A DNA stretch of 64,000 nucleotides from contig CAZDIO010000102.1 in assembly GCA_964505555.1 (NCBI GenBank), positions 13,355 to 77,354 of the forward strand. Reading direction: 5' to 3'. A program made the translations under genes and the position numbers. This document shows positions 20,102 to 29,675 of the stretch, piece after piece (the first letter of the stretch is position 1; every line of letters begins with the position of its first letter). Origin of the DNA: an uncultured Bdellovibrionales bacterium (GTDB taxonomy: Bacteria > Bdellovibrionota_C > UBA2361 > SZUA-149 > CAZDIO01). Under the pieces are notes generated by a model that searched no databases, was not told the origin of the DNA, and saw nothing but the letters and a program-made list of their open reading frames with translations.

Positions 20102-21352
20102 TCACAGTAACAAAATTACGTTACCACTAAAGAGCATTACTATAAAAAAAACACTGGGAATCAATGGTGCCCACCTTTCGCAAACACCTACTTTTAAAAG
20201 CAACTGCGAATTCAAAATGATTGCAAAGAGAATAAAGAACGCTCCTAATTGCAACAATAGTCGTCCTTGAATTGCTAACTCCGTAGTGAGCGCAAGGGGA
20301 AGGTATGTCGATACAAGGAGCACTGGAGTAGCAAAAAGAATCAATCGAGAGACACCAGGACAGATAGTCTTCCCGCTTAGTTCCATTCCAAAGACTGCTC
20401 CAAAAAGTGCTAAAATATATGCCATCATCAAGGAGACTAAATACCACTCGGGAAGACTTCCAAGCTGTCGCCATCCACCCCAGGTCGTTCTCCATACGTA
20501 AGGAAGCTCCTTGATACGGCGTTTTGTTAGTTCTTCATTGAAGTATGCTCCAGGAATCTCAAGCGTTCCCTCTCCTTTAAATGTTGAGCGCATCAGCGCT
20601 AAGTGATCTTTACCAGCAAGAATATGTCCATTCCCAAGTTCTTTATATACCCAAAAATGAAACCAACCAGAAAATACGAGGGGAAGAGCAAGAGCAAGAC
20701 CGATGCTTCGCCATTTGAAAGAAAATTTCTCTGATCCTTTTACCATGCGATAAAGAAAAACTCCCAAGAGAAGAACTCCCACAGGAAAAGTGTTGTATTT
20801 TGCATGAGCAATCAGCGAAAGTGCTAATCCAACAAGAACTCCCTCTCGGAGATGGAACTTCGTGGTTTGCACTACACGAAAGAGAACAACTATTCCAAAT
20901 GTCGCGGCACAGATTGAAAATGAATCTGCATTTATGTAACCATGAATATAGCGAAGTTGAGGGATTAAGTTAATGCTTAGCGCTGATAATAACGATACGG
21001 TTTTTGAATAAAATATCTGCTGCGTTAGCGCTAAACAGAGAAAAAATTGAATCAATGCATAGACACAGCCTCCTAGTCGAATTACGGTTCTCTTTGAAGC
21101 GGTATCTACGTGTTTTGATATCCAAGCAAAGGGAAGATAGATCAGATACGGCACAGGAGAAAATAAATGATAGGCATGTCCACGATGTGTTCCGTACTGA
21201 GTATCTTTCCAAGAAGCAAGCCGTAATTGAACAGCATAATGCTCTACCATATGGAGGTGATTCCCCTCATCCGGAGCATCCTTTATACGAAAGGCTAAAA
21301 AGGCCGATATTGAGACTACCAAAAAACACGCCACCAGTATTGAACCCTTCAT
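20102..21352 (-). CDS. Polytopic membrane protein, GT-C/DUF2142-like
   Basis: 416 aa and about 11 TM helices. The first extracytoplasmic loop, APDEGNHLHMVEHY, is reminiscent of the PDE..H loop of DUF2142-type membrane glycosyltransferases. It is the last gene of a 5-gene minus-strand operon. Confidence 0.45.
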   Translation of the reverse strand: MKGSILVACFLVVSISAFLAFRIKDAPDEGNHLHMVEHYAVQLRLASWKDTQYGTHRGHAYHLFSPVPYLIYLPFAWISKHVDTASKRTVIRLGGCVYALIQFFLCLALTQQIFYSKTVSLLSALSINLIPQLRYIHGYINADSFSICAATFGIVVLFRVVQTTKFHLREGVLVGLALSLIAHAKYNTFPVGVLLLGVFLYRMVKGSEKFSFKWRSIGLALALPLVFSGWFHFWVYKELGNGHILAGKDHLALMRSTFKGEGTLEIPGAYFNEELTKRRIKELPYVWRTTWGGWRQLGSLPEWYLVSLMMAYILALFGAVFGMELSGKTICPGVSRLILFATPVLLVSTYLPLALTTELAIQGRLLLQLGAFFILFAIILNSQLLLKVGVCERWAPLIPSVFFIVMLFSGNVILLL

Positions 21353-22146
21353 AGCATCTCCAAGGAAACTCGGTGAATGACTGCTTTTGTTTTTGTTTCG
21401 CTAGTACTGCGATGAATAAGATCGATTATGACCTCTTTACTTTTTGTTCCTTTCCTTTGTTCTTCATTGAGATCAAAGCGAAAGTCTAATCGAAAGGGGT
21501 TTTCTACTACACGTTTTAAAGTAAATGAGCTTTGCTCGATCGCCCGATTATGACTCTTCACCGCGATCTCAATTACGCTTTCATTTTTCTTATTTCTGAC
21601 AAATGCCTCCACAGAAAAACGATACGACCCCTCTGTAAGAACGTAATGAAATTGTCGATGCTCATTCACATTCAGCATCGTACTTTCATAAAGCGGCGAA
21701 TAGAGAAACGGTCGGCTATATTCGATAGGAATCTCCTCTCCAGAACGAAGAGGAGTAAGCGCGGCTTTTTCCAGATCAAAAAAGACAAGATGCCAGTTTT
21801 TAAAAGTACTCGTATGAGACGAAACGTCAGGGAATTGTTGTAAAACATCTTCTCTCATTATCGCTGCAGGGACTTGATGAACTGAGAAAAATTGTAGGGA
21901 GAGCCTCTCCTCATGATACAAGACCGGAGTAATTTTCTGATTGAGAAACGATGAGACCTGATCTCTCATTTCAAATGGTATTCCTACCCGAGCGGGTTCC
22001 TTCAAGGATACTTTGGATAAAAGGTTTTTGGTAATCTGCTGGTAGATATGTTTGTTCCATGCATGAGACCCAACAACACTCAAGGCAATGGCAAAAACAA
22101 AAAGAATGAAGAGATCAATTAAATAGAGATAACCCGTTTTGCTCAT
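21349..22146 (-). CDS. Membrane-anchored hypothetical protein
   Basis: 265 aa with a single N-terminal helix (LYLIDLFILFVFAIALSVVG) followed by a soluble domain. It overlaps the downstream gene by 4 nt. I recognise no family. Confidence 0.45.
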   Translation of the reverse strand: MSKTGYLYLIDLFILFVFAIALSVVGSHAWNKHIYQQITKNLLSKVSLKEPARVGIPFEMRDQVSSFLNQKITPVLYHEERLSLQFFSVHQVPAAIMREDVLQQFPDVSSHTSTFKNWHLVFFDLEKAALTPLRSGEEIPIEYSRPFLYSPLYESTMLNVNEHRQFHYVLTEGSYRFSVEAFVRNKKNESVIEIAVKSHNRAIEQSSFTLKRVVENPFRLDFRFDLNEEQRKGTKSKEVIIDLIHRSTSETKTKAVIHRVSLEML

Positions 22147-22152
22147 AAGATT

Positions 22153-24027
22153 CTACGGAACCCCAGCGAAAAGTGCTGGGTCAAACCCCTTTGCTGTAAG
22201 GTGCCCGAGTAAGAATCCTCTCATTTCTTCTCCTGAAGGGATTTCTTTTTTGGGACATGAAGCAGTGTGTCCTTTGATGTGCTTAGTAACAAAGCGTTTT
22301 TTTCTAAAATCGAGTTGAAATATCTGATCACAAACCACACTACCAATCGAGCCGATACTCTGTATCGGGGAAAGTGAGGGGAACTTCTCAAATCCTCTAT
22401 TGCCCCGCCTGTGAAATGCACTATTTGAAGCAACACTAATGATTGGGCGTTGTTTCCCTTCTCCATTTTTGAGTAACGACTCTCCTTCCATCCAGTGGGG
22501 CTTTTCAATACCAAGATAGTCCAAGATAGTCGGCGCAATATCTAAGTTCTGAACATTCCGGGTTATTCTTCCCTGATATGTTTTTTTCGGGAACCGGACG
22601 AGTAAGGGAAGTCTTTCATCTGTTTTAAAACCCTTTCCATGATCGGTATGCACAATAAGTAAGGTATCTTCTAAAAGATCTTCTTTTATTAGCAACGAAA
22701 CCATCTGCTCTAGATAGTGATCAAAATCAAGAATGGCGTCATCATAAAAATCTCTCATCCATTCCTTTGTCTGCTCCCTTCCTCCTGAGAACATTTGGGT
22801 GGTTGGAAGATACTTTGGTCCATGGGTTCCGATAAGATGGAGATGAATAAAAAAGGGGCGCGGCAGACGGGTGATGTTTTTTAAAACTAACTCTATCCTT
22901 TCGGGATCCAGTTGATGAATATAGTTTGCCTGCACGACCTGATCGTACTCGTTAATCATGTTTCGAATTCCGTACGCATGAAACAGCCGATCTTCAAGTC
23001 GGTGATAGATCTGACTTAGAAAATACTCAACAAGTCCAAATCGCTTAAAAAAACTAAATTTTGTCTCACGGATCTGTCGATTATTTGCCTCATCAAATGC
23101 ATCCCTCATTCCCAGATCGTAAGGGTCAGCATAGTGCCTCATACTAATATCGACGTTGTAGTACCCTTGGCGACGAAGAATTCCGGGGAGATGTTCATAC
23201 GCGGCACTTCCTCGCAAAATATCAGGGGGATAGAGAAGCTTTGTCTCAGTAGGAAGTTTCCCAGTAAGAATCGAAGCTAGTGAGCACCCGGTATTAGCGC
23301 AATTGGTAAATGCATTTTCAAAAACGAGACTCTCCTCACCAAGTTTTTGAAGATACTCCGTCGTTTTTCGTTCATACCCATAGAGCGATAAATTCGATGC
23401 ATTTAAACCATCAGAGGAGATAAGCATAATATTTGGAAGTAAATCGTGAGGAGAATTTTTTGGGTGCGAAGTTTCATTCAATGCTATTGAGCCCCCACGA
23501 AAGTTTGAAACACAGAGGATTCCTAAAGAGAGAACGAAGAACGAAAGTGCCACTCTATGCTGAACTTTTAAAGATCGTTCTTCGCCGTCGTTTTTAGCCA
23601 TCGTTCTATAGATTCCAAAAAACAAAACGATAAACAGCCCCCCATAGAGAAATCGCCAAGAACCTGCGGTAGAGATTACCCCGAGATGAAATACTGAATA
23701 AGTGAAATTATCGATTAAAAGAAATATTGAGGAGGTAAGCACCACGGCTGAAAAAATCGTCACCAACGTAACGATTCTTTTTTTCCCAAAAAACACGGCG
23801 AGAGGAAGAGAGAAGACAAGAAGAAACAGTGCTCCAAAAAAAATCCCCACAAGGGGGGAGAGCGAAAGAACAAGGAGCTTTTCACCCCATGAGACAGGGG
23901 AGAGAAACGATGGTTTGGTTACAAAAAATAACCACTCCATCGAGACAAGAAAATAACAACTGAGAATCGCTGGAGAAGTTAACAGAATAATTCGTTTGAC
24001 ATTCACTTCGCAAACTGGCGCACGCAC
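22153..24027 (-). CDS. Membrane-bound alkaline-phosphatase-superfamily transferase (sulfatase/LTA-synthase/EptA-like)
   Basis: N-terminal multi-TM block plus a C-terminal sulfatase-type domain (ISSDGLNASN, IHLHLIGTHGPKY, LIVHTDHGKGF). The start is uncertain (ATG 24027 or a downstream GTG). Confidence 0.7.
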   Translation of the reverse strand: MRAPVCEVNVKRIILLTSPAILSCYFLVSMEWLFFVTKPSFLSPVSWGEKLLVLSLSPLVGIFFGALFLLVFSLPLAVFFGKKRIVTLVTIFSAVVLTSSIFLLIDNFTYSVFHLGVISTAGSWRFLYGGLFIVLFFGIYRTMAKNDGEERSLKVQHRVALSFFVLSLGILCVSNFRGGSIALNETSHPKNSPHDLLPNIMLISSDGLNASNLSLYGYERKTTEYLQKLGEESLVFENAFTNCANTGCSLASILTGKLPTETKLLYPPDILRGSAAYEHLPGILRRQGYYNVDISMRHYADPYDLGMRDAFDEANNRQIRETKFSFFKRFGLVEYFLSQIYHRLEDRLFHAYGIRNMINEYDQVVQANYIHQLDPERIELVLKNITRLPRPFFIHLHLIGTHGPKYLPTTQMFSGGREQTKEWMRDFYDDAILDFDHYLEQMVSLLIKEDLLEDTLLIVHTDHGKGFKTDERLPLLVRFPKKTYQGRITRNVQNLDIAPTILDYLGIEKPHWMEGESLLKNGEGKQRPIISVASNSAFHRRGNRGFEKFPSLSPIQSIGSIGSVVCDQIFQLDFRKKRFVTKHIKGHTASCPKKEIPSGEEMRGFLLGHLTAKGFDPALFAGVP

Positions 24028-25436
24028 GAATAGAGAATTCTTGTGTTTGACTGAAGCTGTTCTTTCTTTTCAATACGATAATACTTACTCAAACAAGTTT
24101 CAAAATTCTCAATACTATAGTCCCAATAGATGTCCTCTTTATTCTGGAGGAGTCTTTTTACCATTACATCTTCTTTGGTGACAAACTCGATCACGAGATC
24201 TGATTCGAGAGTTGAAAGCCACTGAACAAGCTCATCAAGAGGAATATTTGCAGAGATCACCAGGTGATGAATCAATGCGAGTGCTAAGATGAGTTCCGGT
24301 TTTTCTCGATTGGTGATGCTCTTTCGTTCTAATCCACGCCAACCAAGATTCGGTGAAGGATCAGAGATATCAGAAACTAACGGAAGAATTTTTCTATTCC
24401 CCTCCTCCGCAAGTTGTCGATACAAACGCTCTATCGAGAGATGATCACTATCAAAAGCAACTACGTAGTCCGCGTTCTTTGCAGCAATTCGTGAATACCT
24501 TCCCGTATTGCACCCAAGATCCCACACAAGGTGTCGATGCTTCTGACTTACTACCGTATCAACAAATCGCACCTTTGCTTGATCATCTGCATCGGTATAG
24601 CTTGTCTGCGTAACATAATCTGCCCACACGGAGGTAGATTCCTTCCAAGTCAACGAGGAAACAAGTGCTCGTAACCGTTTTGCGTTTGCCTGAATAAGCT
24701 CGTGATGAAACCCTGCGGCTTTTAATTCGGCTTTTATATTTGTCTTTGTTCCAGAAAGTGCGTTTTTTAATTTATTATGGAGATAGACATGCTTAAAAAC
24801 GCCTCCTTTAAAAAGATCAAAGAAGCCAAGTAAGCGGTTCATCTCTTCAATTTCAATCCCATCGAGTCTCCCTCGGAGCCATCGTTGAAAAGAAACGTTC
24901 TTATACGCCTGAAGAAACAGCGGATAGAGAAACAATTGACAGAACTGTCGGTACCCTGCCCAGGGAGTTCCCGGTTGCCATTTTTCAAAGGAACAAACAT
25001 CAATAAATACTGGGAGGCACCCTTGCCATTGAACATTAAAAGAAGAGGCATCTTTTAATGTCATCTGCTCCTTGAGCGCAGCAATCAAGAGATCAAGCTG
25101 CAAAAGTGCTGCAGCTTTGAGCATGCTAAAGCTCCATTCATACGGATAAGAAAGAAAGGGAATTCGTTCATGTCGTAACACTCCGTGCCATTCTTGGTCG
25201 AAGCGCACTCCCTCAAACGTCGCCTCTTTAGTAGCAACAAGCTGACCGGTGTTAAGAAAGCTCTGAAAGAAATGTGTCTTTTTTAGAAAGAGAAAATCAT
25301 CGTATGCTTTCTTACTCAGCACCCGATAAACTTCCCCATCCCGATAGACAACCCTCCCTTCTCGATCACGAAAGGAGCCCGGCTCATAGATTAATTCTGG
25401 AGCGCTTTCTACGCTTTTCACTCCGAGGACAGACAT
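24003..25436 (-). CDS. SAM-dependent methyltransferase with an unassigned ~250-aa N-terminal domain
   Basis: C-terminal motif I LVWDLGCNTGRYS. It overlaps the downstream gene by 25 nt. Confidence 0.65.
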   Translation of the reverse strand: MSVLGVKSVESAPELIYEPGSFRDREGRVVYRDGEVYRVLSKKAYDDFLFLKKTHFFQSFLNTGQLVATKEATFEGVRFDQEWHGVLRHERIPFLSYPYEWSFSMLKAAALLQLDLLIAALKEQMTLKDASSFNVQWQGCLPVFIDVCSFEKWQPGTPWAGYRQFCQLFLYPLFLQAYKNVSFQRWLRGRLDGIEIEEMNRLLGFFDLFKGGVFKHVYLHNKLKNALSGTKTNIKAELKAAGFHHELIQANAKRLRALVSSLTWKESTSVWADYVTQTSYTDADDQAKVRFVDTVVSQKHRHLVWDLGCNTGRYSRIAAKNADYVVAFDSDHLSIERLYRQLAEEGNRKILPLVSDISDPSPNLGWRGLERKSITNREKPELILALALIHHLVISANIPLDELVQWLSTLESDLVIEFVTKEDVMVKRLLQNKEDIYWDYSIENFETCLSKYYRIEKKEQLQSNTRILYSCVRQFAK

Positions 25437-25441
25437 ATAAA

Positions 25442-25705
25442 CTACTTTGAAGCGGCCCGTTTTGGAGTTTGGTTTTCATCCTCAGAAGAGAGTTCCTCAT
25501 TGGAGGCATCCTTACTTCCCTTTGAGTGAAAAAATCCCATAATCCTCCCCCAGAACAATTTAAAAACAACTCCCGCTCCTGCAACACCAGCAAGGATAGC
25601 TTGTAGCAAAATACTTCCCGTTCCTGGATCAAGATAAGCAAACGCTTTGGTGGGATAGAACAGAGGAGAGAAAACAAATAGGGCTATTAAGAACAATACT
25701 CTCAT
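25442..25705 (-). CDS. Small membrane/secreted protein with an acidic tail
   Basis: 87 aa. N-terminal hydrophobic leader, then AYLDPGTGSILLQAILAGVAGAGVV, then a Ser/Glu-rich tail. It is the first gene of the minus-strand operon and lies 5 nt upstream of the methyltransferase gene. Confidence 0.45.
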   Translation of the reverse strand: MRVLFLIALFVFSPLFYPTKAFAYLDPGTGSILLQAILAGVAGAGVVFKLFWGRIMGFFHSKGSKDASNEELSSEDENQTPKRAASK

Positions 25706-25872
25706 AGAAAGCTCCGCAATTTAGTAATTGAACCTAAGCCCTACAAATTTTTAGAAGCATAGTCAAGATATTCGGTCTCCTGCCGCCGATGTATTTGCGA
25801 AGACACTATGGAAACACTGTGGAGCCCCTAAGATTCTTGAAGTTTATACTGATGGAAGCTATAAAAGCCCAA

Positions 25873-26904
25873 ATGAAAGTGGTAATTCAGATCCCCTGCT
25901 TCAATGAAGCAAGCACTCTTCCCCTTGTTTTTAACGACATGCCTCGTTCTATTCCTGGAGTCGATATCCTCGAGTATCAGATCATTGATGATGGCTCTAC
26001 AGATGGAACCGCTGAGGTTGCTCGTAAATTAGGTGTCCATTATGTCGTAAATGTTGGTTCGCCAAATCGTCGATGGCTTGGAAGGGCATTTAAGTTAGGG
26101 ATTGATAATGCACTCAAAAATGGCGCGGACATCGTTGTCAACACTGATGGAGATAACCAGTATCCATCGTTTCTTATCCCAACACTCATCGAACCGATCC
26201 TCAATGGACGCGCTGACATCGTCATCGGAGATAGAGATCCGGGAGCTGTTGAAGAGTTTTCTATGCTCAAACGTTTCTTACAAAGACTCGGAAACCGCAC
26301 TATCCAGTATTTGACAGGAGAGCCTGCGCGAGATGCCGTCAGTGGCTTTCGTGCCTACAGTAGAGAGGCACTTTTAAAACTTCATGTTTTTACAAACTAT
26401 ACCTACACGGTAGACACCTTGATCCAGGCGAGAAAAAAAGGTTTAGAGATCGCCTGGATAAAAGCAAGCCCGAATAGAAAAACGCGAGATTCCCGATTAA
26501 TTACGAGTTTAAGCAGTAAGGTGCGGAAATCTGTGGCAACAATTCTCCGGCTGACTACTGTGTATGAGCCCTTTAAAACATTTTTATTTTTTAGCATCGC
26601 TTTCTTGCTTCCTGGGCTTCTCCTCTTGTCTCGATTTGGGTACTACTATTTCTTTGTGCCATTTGAGGCTAAGGGGCATATCCAATCGGTAGTAGTAGGA
26701 TGTGTGCTCATTGTAATCGCTGTGCAGATGTTTGTACTTGGGATATTAGCGGATCTGCTTGCTGTCAATCGACACTTCGTTGAAGAGCTCTTGACCCGAA
26801 TGCGACGTCTTGAAATTACAATCGAAAAATCTCATAAGTTCCCAGAAGCAAAAGAGCACGGATTAACACAAACCGAGAACGAAAAATTACGCATTAACGC
26901 TTAA
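25873..26904 (+). CDS. Glycosyltransferase family 2 with C-terminal TM helices (GtrB/ArnC-like polyprenyl-phosphate glycosyltransferase)
   Basis: Blocks VIQIPCFNE, IIDDGSTDGT and VNTDGDNQY, with two C-terminal helices. The track starts at 25789. I prefer ATG 25873 (MKVVIQIP...) by analogy to GT2 N-termini, but no start has a clear SD. Confidence 0.75.
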   Translation: MKVVIQIPCFNEASTLPLVFNDMPRSIPGVDILEYQIIDDGSTDGTAEVARKLGVHYVVNVGSPNRRWLGRAFKLGIDNALKNGADIVVNTDGDNQYPSFLIPTLIEPILNGRADIVIGDRDPGAVEEFSMLKRFLQRLGNRTIQYLTGEPARDAVSGFRAYSREALLKLHVFTNYTYTVDTLIQARKKGLEIAWIKASPNRKTRDSRLITSLSSKVRKSVATILRLTTVYEPFKTFLFFSIAFLLPGLLLLSRFGYYYFFVPFEAKGHIQSVVVGCVLIVIAVQMFVLGILADLLAVNRHFVEELLTRMRRLEITIEKSHKFPEAKEHGLTQTENEKLRINA

Positions 26905-26923
26905 GGAAAAAAGGAGAGGAAAA

Positions 26924-27412
26924 ATGTTTCGCTCAAAGTTTACAAAGAAGGTGCTGGTAATTCTCATCATCGTTTTTTTATTGAGTGGTTGTAGTAGCAT
27001 GCGCTCAGCAAAGCCAACACGAGAGATGCAGATTGCCGTAGCCCTGGTCGCCTTTGAGTACCTTAATAACGTCATTCAAACCAATATCGGCTATCTTCAA
27101 TCTGCGGTGGTCTGGGATGATTATTCAAAAAATATTGGGGTCTCCAAAGATCAGTACCGTTCTCAGTTAGCATTACTTCGAGACACCTCCACTCCGACAA
27201 CTCACCCCCTGGTGGATCTCGATCTTGTTGAGACAAAAATTCATGGTGACGATGCAGAGGTTCTTGTTCAAAAGCATAAACAACCAGATGCCCCGATAAT
27301 TTCAATCAAGCTTCACTGGTCAGGGGAAGCTTGGTTAGTGGTTGAAGATTCGATTTTTGGAAGAAACGGACTTATCGCAACTCACGCTGCAAAAAACAAA
27401 ACGGTAAGTTAA
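26924..27412 (+). CDS. Lipoprotein, unknown function
   Basis: Signal peptide ending in the lipobox LLSGC (VFLLSGCSS). SD ggagagg lies upstream. Confidence 0.6.
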   Translation: MFRSKFTKKVLVILIIVFLLSGCSSMRSAKPTREMQIAVALVAFEYLNNVIQTNIGYLQSAVVWDDYSKNIGVSKDQYRSQLALLRDTSTPTTHPLVDLDLVETKIHGDDAEVLVQKHKQPDAPIISIKLHWSGEAWLVVEDSIFGRNGLIATHAAKNKTVS

Positions 27413-27421
27413 GTATTCCGA

Positions 27422-29185
27422 GTGTCACTTCTTTACCGCGATCTTCGGAGCTTTCTCCAAGCACTTCAAAAAGAAAAGGTGCTTGTGGAGATTCATGCGC
27501 CAGTGGACCCACACTTAGAGCTTGCAGAAATTCATCGCAGAGTTATCGAACAAAACGGACCTGCTCTTTTATTTACTCAGGTAAAAGGAGGTCGTTATCC
27601 GGTTGTTACAAATCTCTTTGGAACAAAAAAACGGGTGGATCTCGCCTTTGGTCAAAACGGTCCTGCTCTTGTTCAGCAAGCCGTAGAGCTCGTATGGGAG
27701 CTTTTTCCCCCAAGCTACTCAGCACTTTGGGAGAAACGAAATCTGCTCAAACAATTCTTCTCTTTGGGCAGCGACTCAATTAAAAATGCTCCTGTCCTTG
27801 AGGTCCATGAAAGCCCGCCAATGTTATCTCAGCTCCCTCTTCTTACCACCTGGGAACAAGATGGTGGACCGTTTATAACACTCCCTCTCGTGTACACTGA
27901 GCACCCAGAGACTGGCATTTCAAATCTCGGCATCTATCGCATGCAGCGCTACGACGATCAAACCACCGGGATGCATATGCAGATCGGAAAAGGCGGGGGA
28001 TTTCATCTTGCCCGTGCAAAAGAGTTAGGGAAAAAACTCCCGGTGAATGTTTTTGTAGGAGGCGCCCCAGCAACAATTCTTGCCGCTATTGCTCCATTAC
28101 CTGAAAATATCCCAGAGATTCTCCTTGCCTCGTTTGTGCTTGGGGAAAAGCTTCGTGTTACAAAAAACCCTGCTGGTTCCCTACCCCTCTTTGCGGATGC
28201 GGAGTTTGCGCTTACAGGTTTTGTTGATCCTTTAGAAACTCTTCCAGAAGGACCATTTGGTGATCACTACGGGTATTATTCGCTCAAGCATGATTTCCCC
28301 GTATTTCGTTGCCAGTCAGTATTTCATCGAAAAGACGCGATCTATCCGGCAACCGTCGTTGGAAAACCACGACAGGAGGATTTTTTTATTGGCGATTACT
28401 TACAGGAACTCCTCGCCCCAATTTTTCCAATCGTCATGCCCACGATAAAAAATATCTGGAGTTACGGCGAAACCGGTTTTCATTCCCTTGCTGCTGCCGT
28501 AATTACAGAACGTTATAAGAGAGAAGCAATGGTCAGCGCTTTTCGAATCCTTGGAGAAGGTCAGTTGTCACTAACAAAGTTTCTCCTTCTTGTTGATCAA
28601 GCACTTGATTTAAAAGATTTCCGCTCTGTCTTTGAGCATGTTCTTGAACGAGCAGATTTTCGCTCCGATCTCTACGTATTTTCTCACACTTCGATGGATA
28701 CTCTTGATTATACCGGTCCAAGACTCAATGAAGGGAGTAAAGGGGTGCTCCTCGGAATTGGAAACCCAATTCGTTCACTCCCTGCTGAGTTTCATGAAAC
28801 ACCACCAAATGATATTGATGCCGTTTTTGTGTTTTGCCGGGGATGTCTTGTCATCAGTGGACCAAGCTACACTGCGGATAAAGATGCTCCCCAACGTCTT
28901 GCAAATCATCCCGCATTTTCAAAGTGGCCAATAATAGTCCTCTGCGATAACGCTGAATTTACTGCAAAAGAAAGTAGCTCATTTCTTTGGAGTACGTTTA
29001 CTCGATTTGAGCCCGCTTCAGATATCTATGCAAAGCAGGTATCTCTTCGAGCTTTACATCCAAGTTTTGAATCTCCGATCGTCATTGATTCGCGAATGAA
29101 GCCAAATTATCCTGAAGAACTTTTTTGTGATCCAAACACAAAAAAACTCGTCGACGATCGCTGGTCGGAATACTTTAAAAGCTAG
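27422..29185 (+). CDS. UbiD-family (prenylated-FMN) decarboxylase, long menaquinone-type form
   Basis: 587 aa with a GTG start. The N-terminus DLRSFLQALQKEKVLVEIHAPVDPHLELAEIHRRV and the blocks PLVYTEHPETG..NLGIYRMQ and GGAPA are typical of UbiD. Confidence 0.8.
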   Translation: MSLLYRDLRSFLQALQKEKVLVEIHAPVDPHLELAEIHRRVIEQNGPALLFTQVKGGRYPVVTNLFGTKKRVDLAFGQNGPALVQQAVELVWELFPPSYSALWEKRNLLKQFFSLGSDSIKNAPVLEVHESPPMLSQLPLLTTWEQDGGPFITLPLVYTEHPETGISNLGIYRMQRYDDQTTGMHMQIGKGGGFHLARAKELGKKLPVNVFVGGAPATILAAIAPLPENIPEILLASFVLGEKLRVTKNPAGSLPLFADAEFALTGFVDPLETLPEGPFGDHYGYYSLKHDFPVFRCQSVFHRKDAIYPATVVGKPRQEDFFIGDYLQELLAPIFPIVMPTIKNIWSYGETGFHSLAAAVITERYKREAMVSAFRILGEGQLSLTKFLLLVDQALDLKDFRSVFEHVLERADFRSDLYVFSHTSMDTLDYTGPRLNEGSKGVLLGIGNPIRSLPAEFHETPPNDIDAVFVFCRGCLVISGPSYTADKDAPQRLANHPAFSKWPIIVLCDNAEFTAKESSSFLWSTFTRFEPASDIYAKQVSLRALHPSFESPIVIDSRMKPNYPEELFCDPNTKKLVDDRWSEYFKS

Positions 29186-29194
29186 AACCATCCT

Positions 29195-29335
29195 ACGGCC
29201 ATTAAATTAAGGATCTGAAAGAAAGATCTATAGAACCACAGAGACACAGAGCCGCAGAGAAGATTAATAAAATCCCTTTCCTCTGTGTCTCTGCGCCTCT
29301 GTGGTTTAATAAAGAATCTTTAACTTAATGGCCGT
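29195..29335. repeat. B-type palindromic intergenic element, copy B1
   Basis: Outer inverted repeat acggccattaaattaag / cttaacttaatggccgt. It encloses ccacagagacacagagccgcagagaag ... ctctgtgtctctgcgcctctgtgg. It starts 10 nt after the UbiD-family stop. Confidence 0.85.
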
Positions 29336-29352
29336 GAGAATCCTCCTAACGT

Positions 29353-29428
29353 TAGCTGTAACAAGAACCCCGGTCGTTGCGAGCCGGGAAACCTCCGCTC
29401 GCAACGACAGGGGTTCTTGTTACAGCTA
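29353..29428. repeat. C-type palindromic element, copy C1 (76-bp near-perfect hairpin)
   Basis: tagctgtaacaagaaccccggtcgttgcgagc ... gctcgcaacgacaggggttcttgttacagcta, with a single mismatch in 32-bp arms. Confidence 0.85.
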
Positions 29429-29501
29429 AAGTGGAATTGCTTTTAGTGTTTAAAATCTTATCGTGAGGACGCGTTGACTAGTGCTAGAACAACTCGAATG
29501 T

Positions 29502-29675
29502 TTAATTGCCGTGCATCGCGTTTTCCATCTCTGTTGCAGTATGTTCCAGATCTTGATTTAACGATTGGCCAAAGTTTGCAACTCCTGCCAAACAAACAAG
29601 CAACACAGAAGCTGCAAGTAGCAGATACTCAAGTAACGATGCTCCACGCTCGTTTTTTCGAATGTTCAATACCAT
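29502..29675 (-). CDS. flp: Flp-family type IVb (Tad) prepilin, 57 aa
   Basis: Own translation: MVLNIRKNERGASLLEYLLLAASVLLVCLAGVANFGQSLNQDLEHTATEMENAMHGN. It carries the Flp motif G/ASxxEYxLLxA followed by a hydrophobic helix. SD aggagagg lies 2 nt before the ATG. I checked it triplet by triplet and found no internal stop. It falls below the track's size cutoff; track ORF 29474-29677 (+) is its antisense shadow. Confidence 0.75.
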   Translation of the reverse strand: MVLNIRKNERGASLLEYLLLAASVLLVCLAGVANFGQSLNQDLEHTATEMENAMHGN

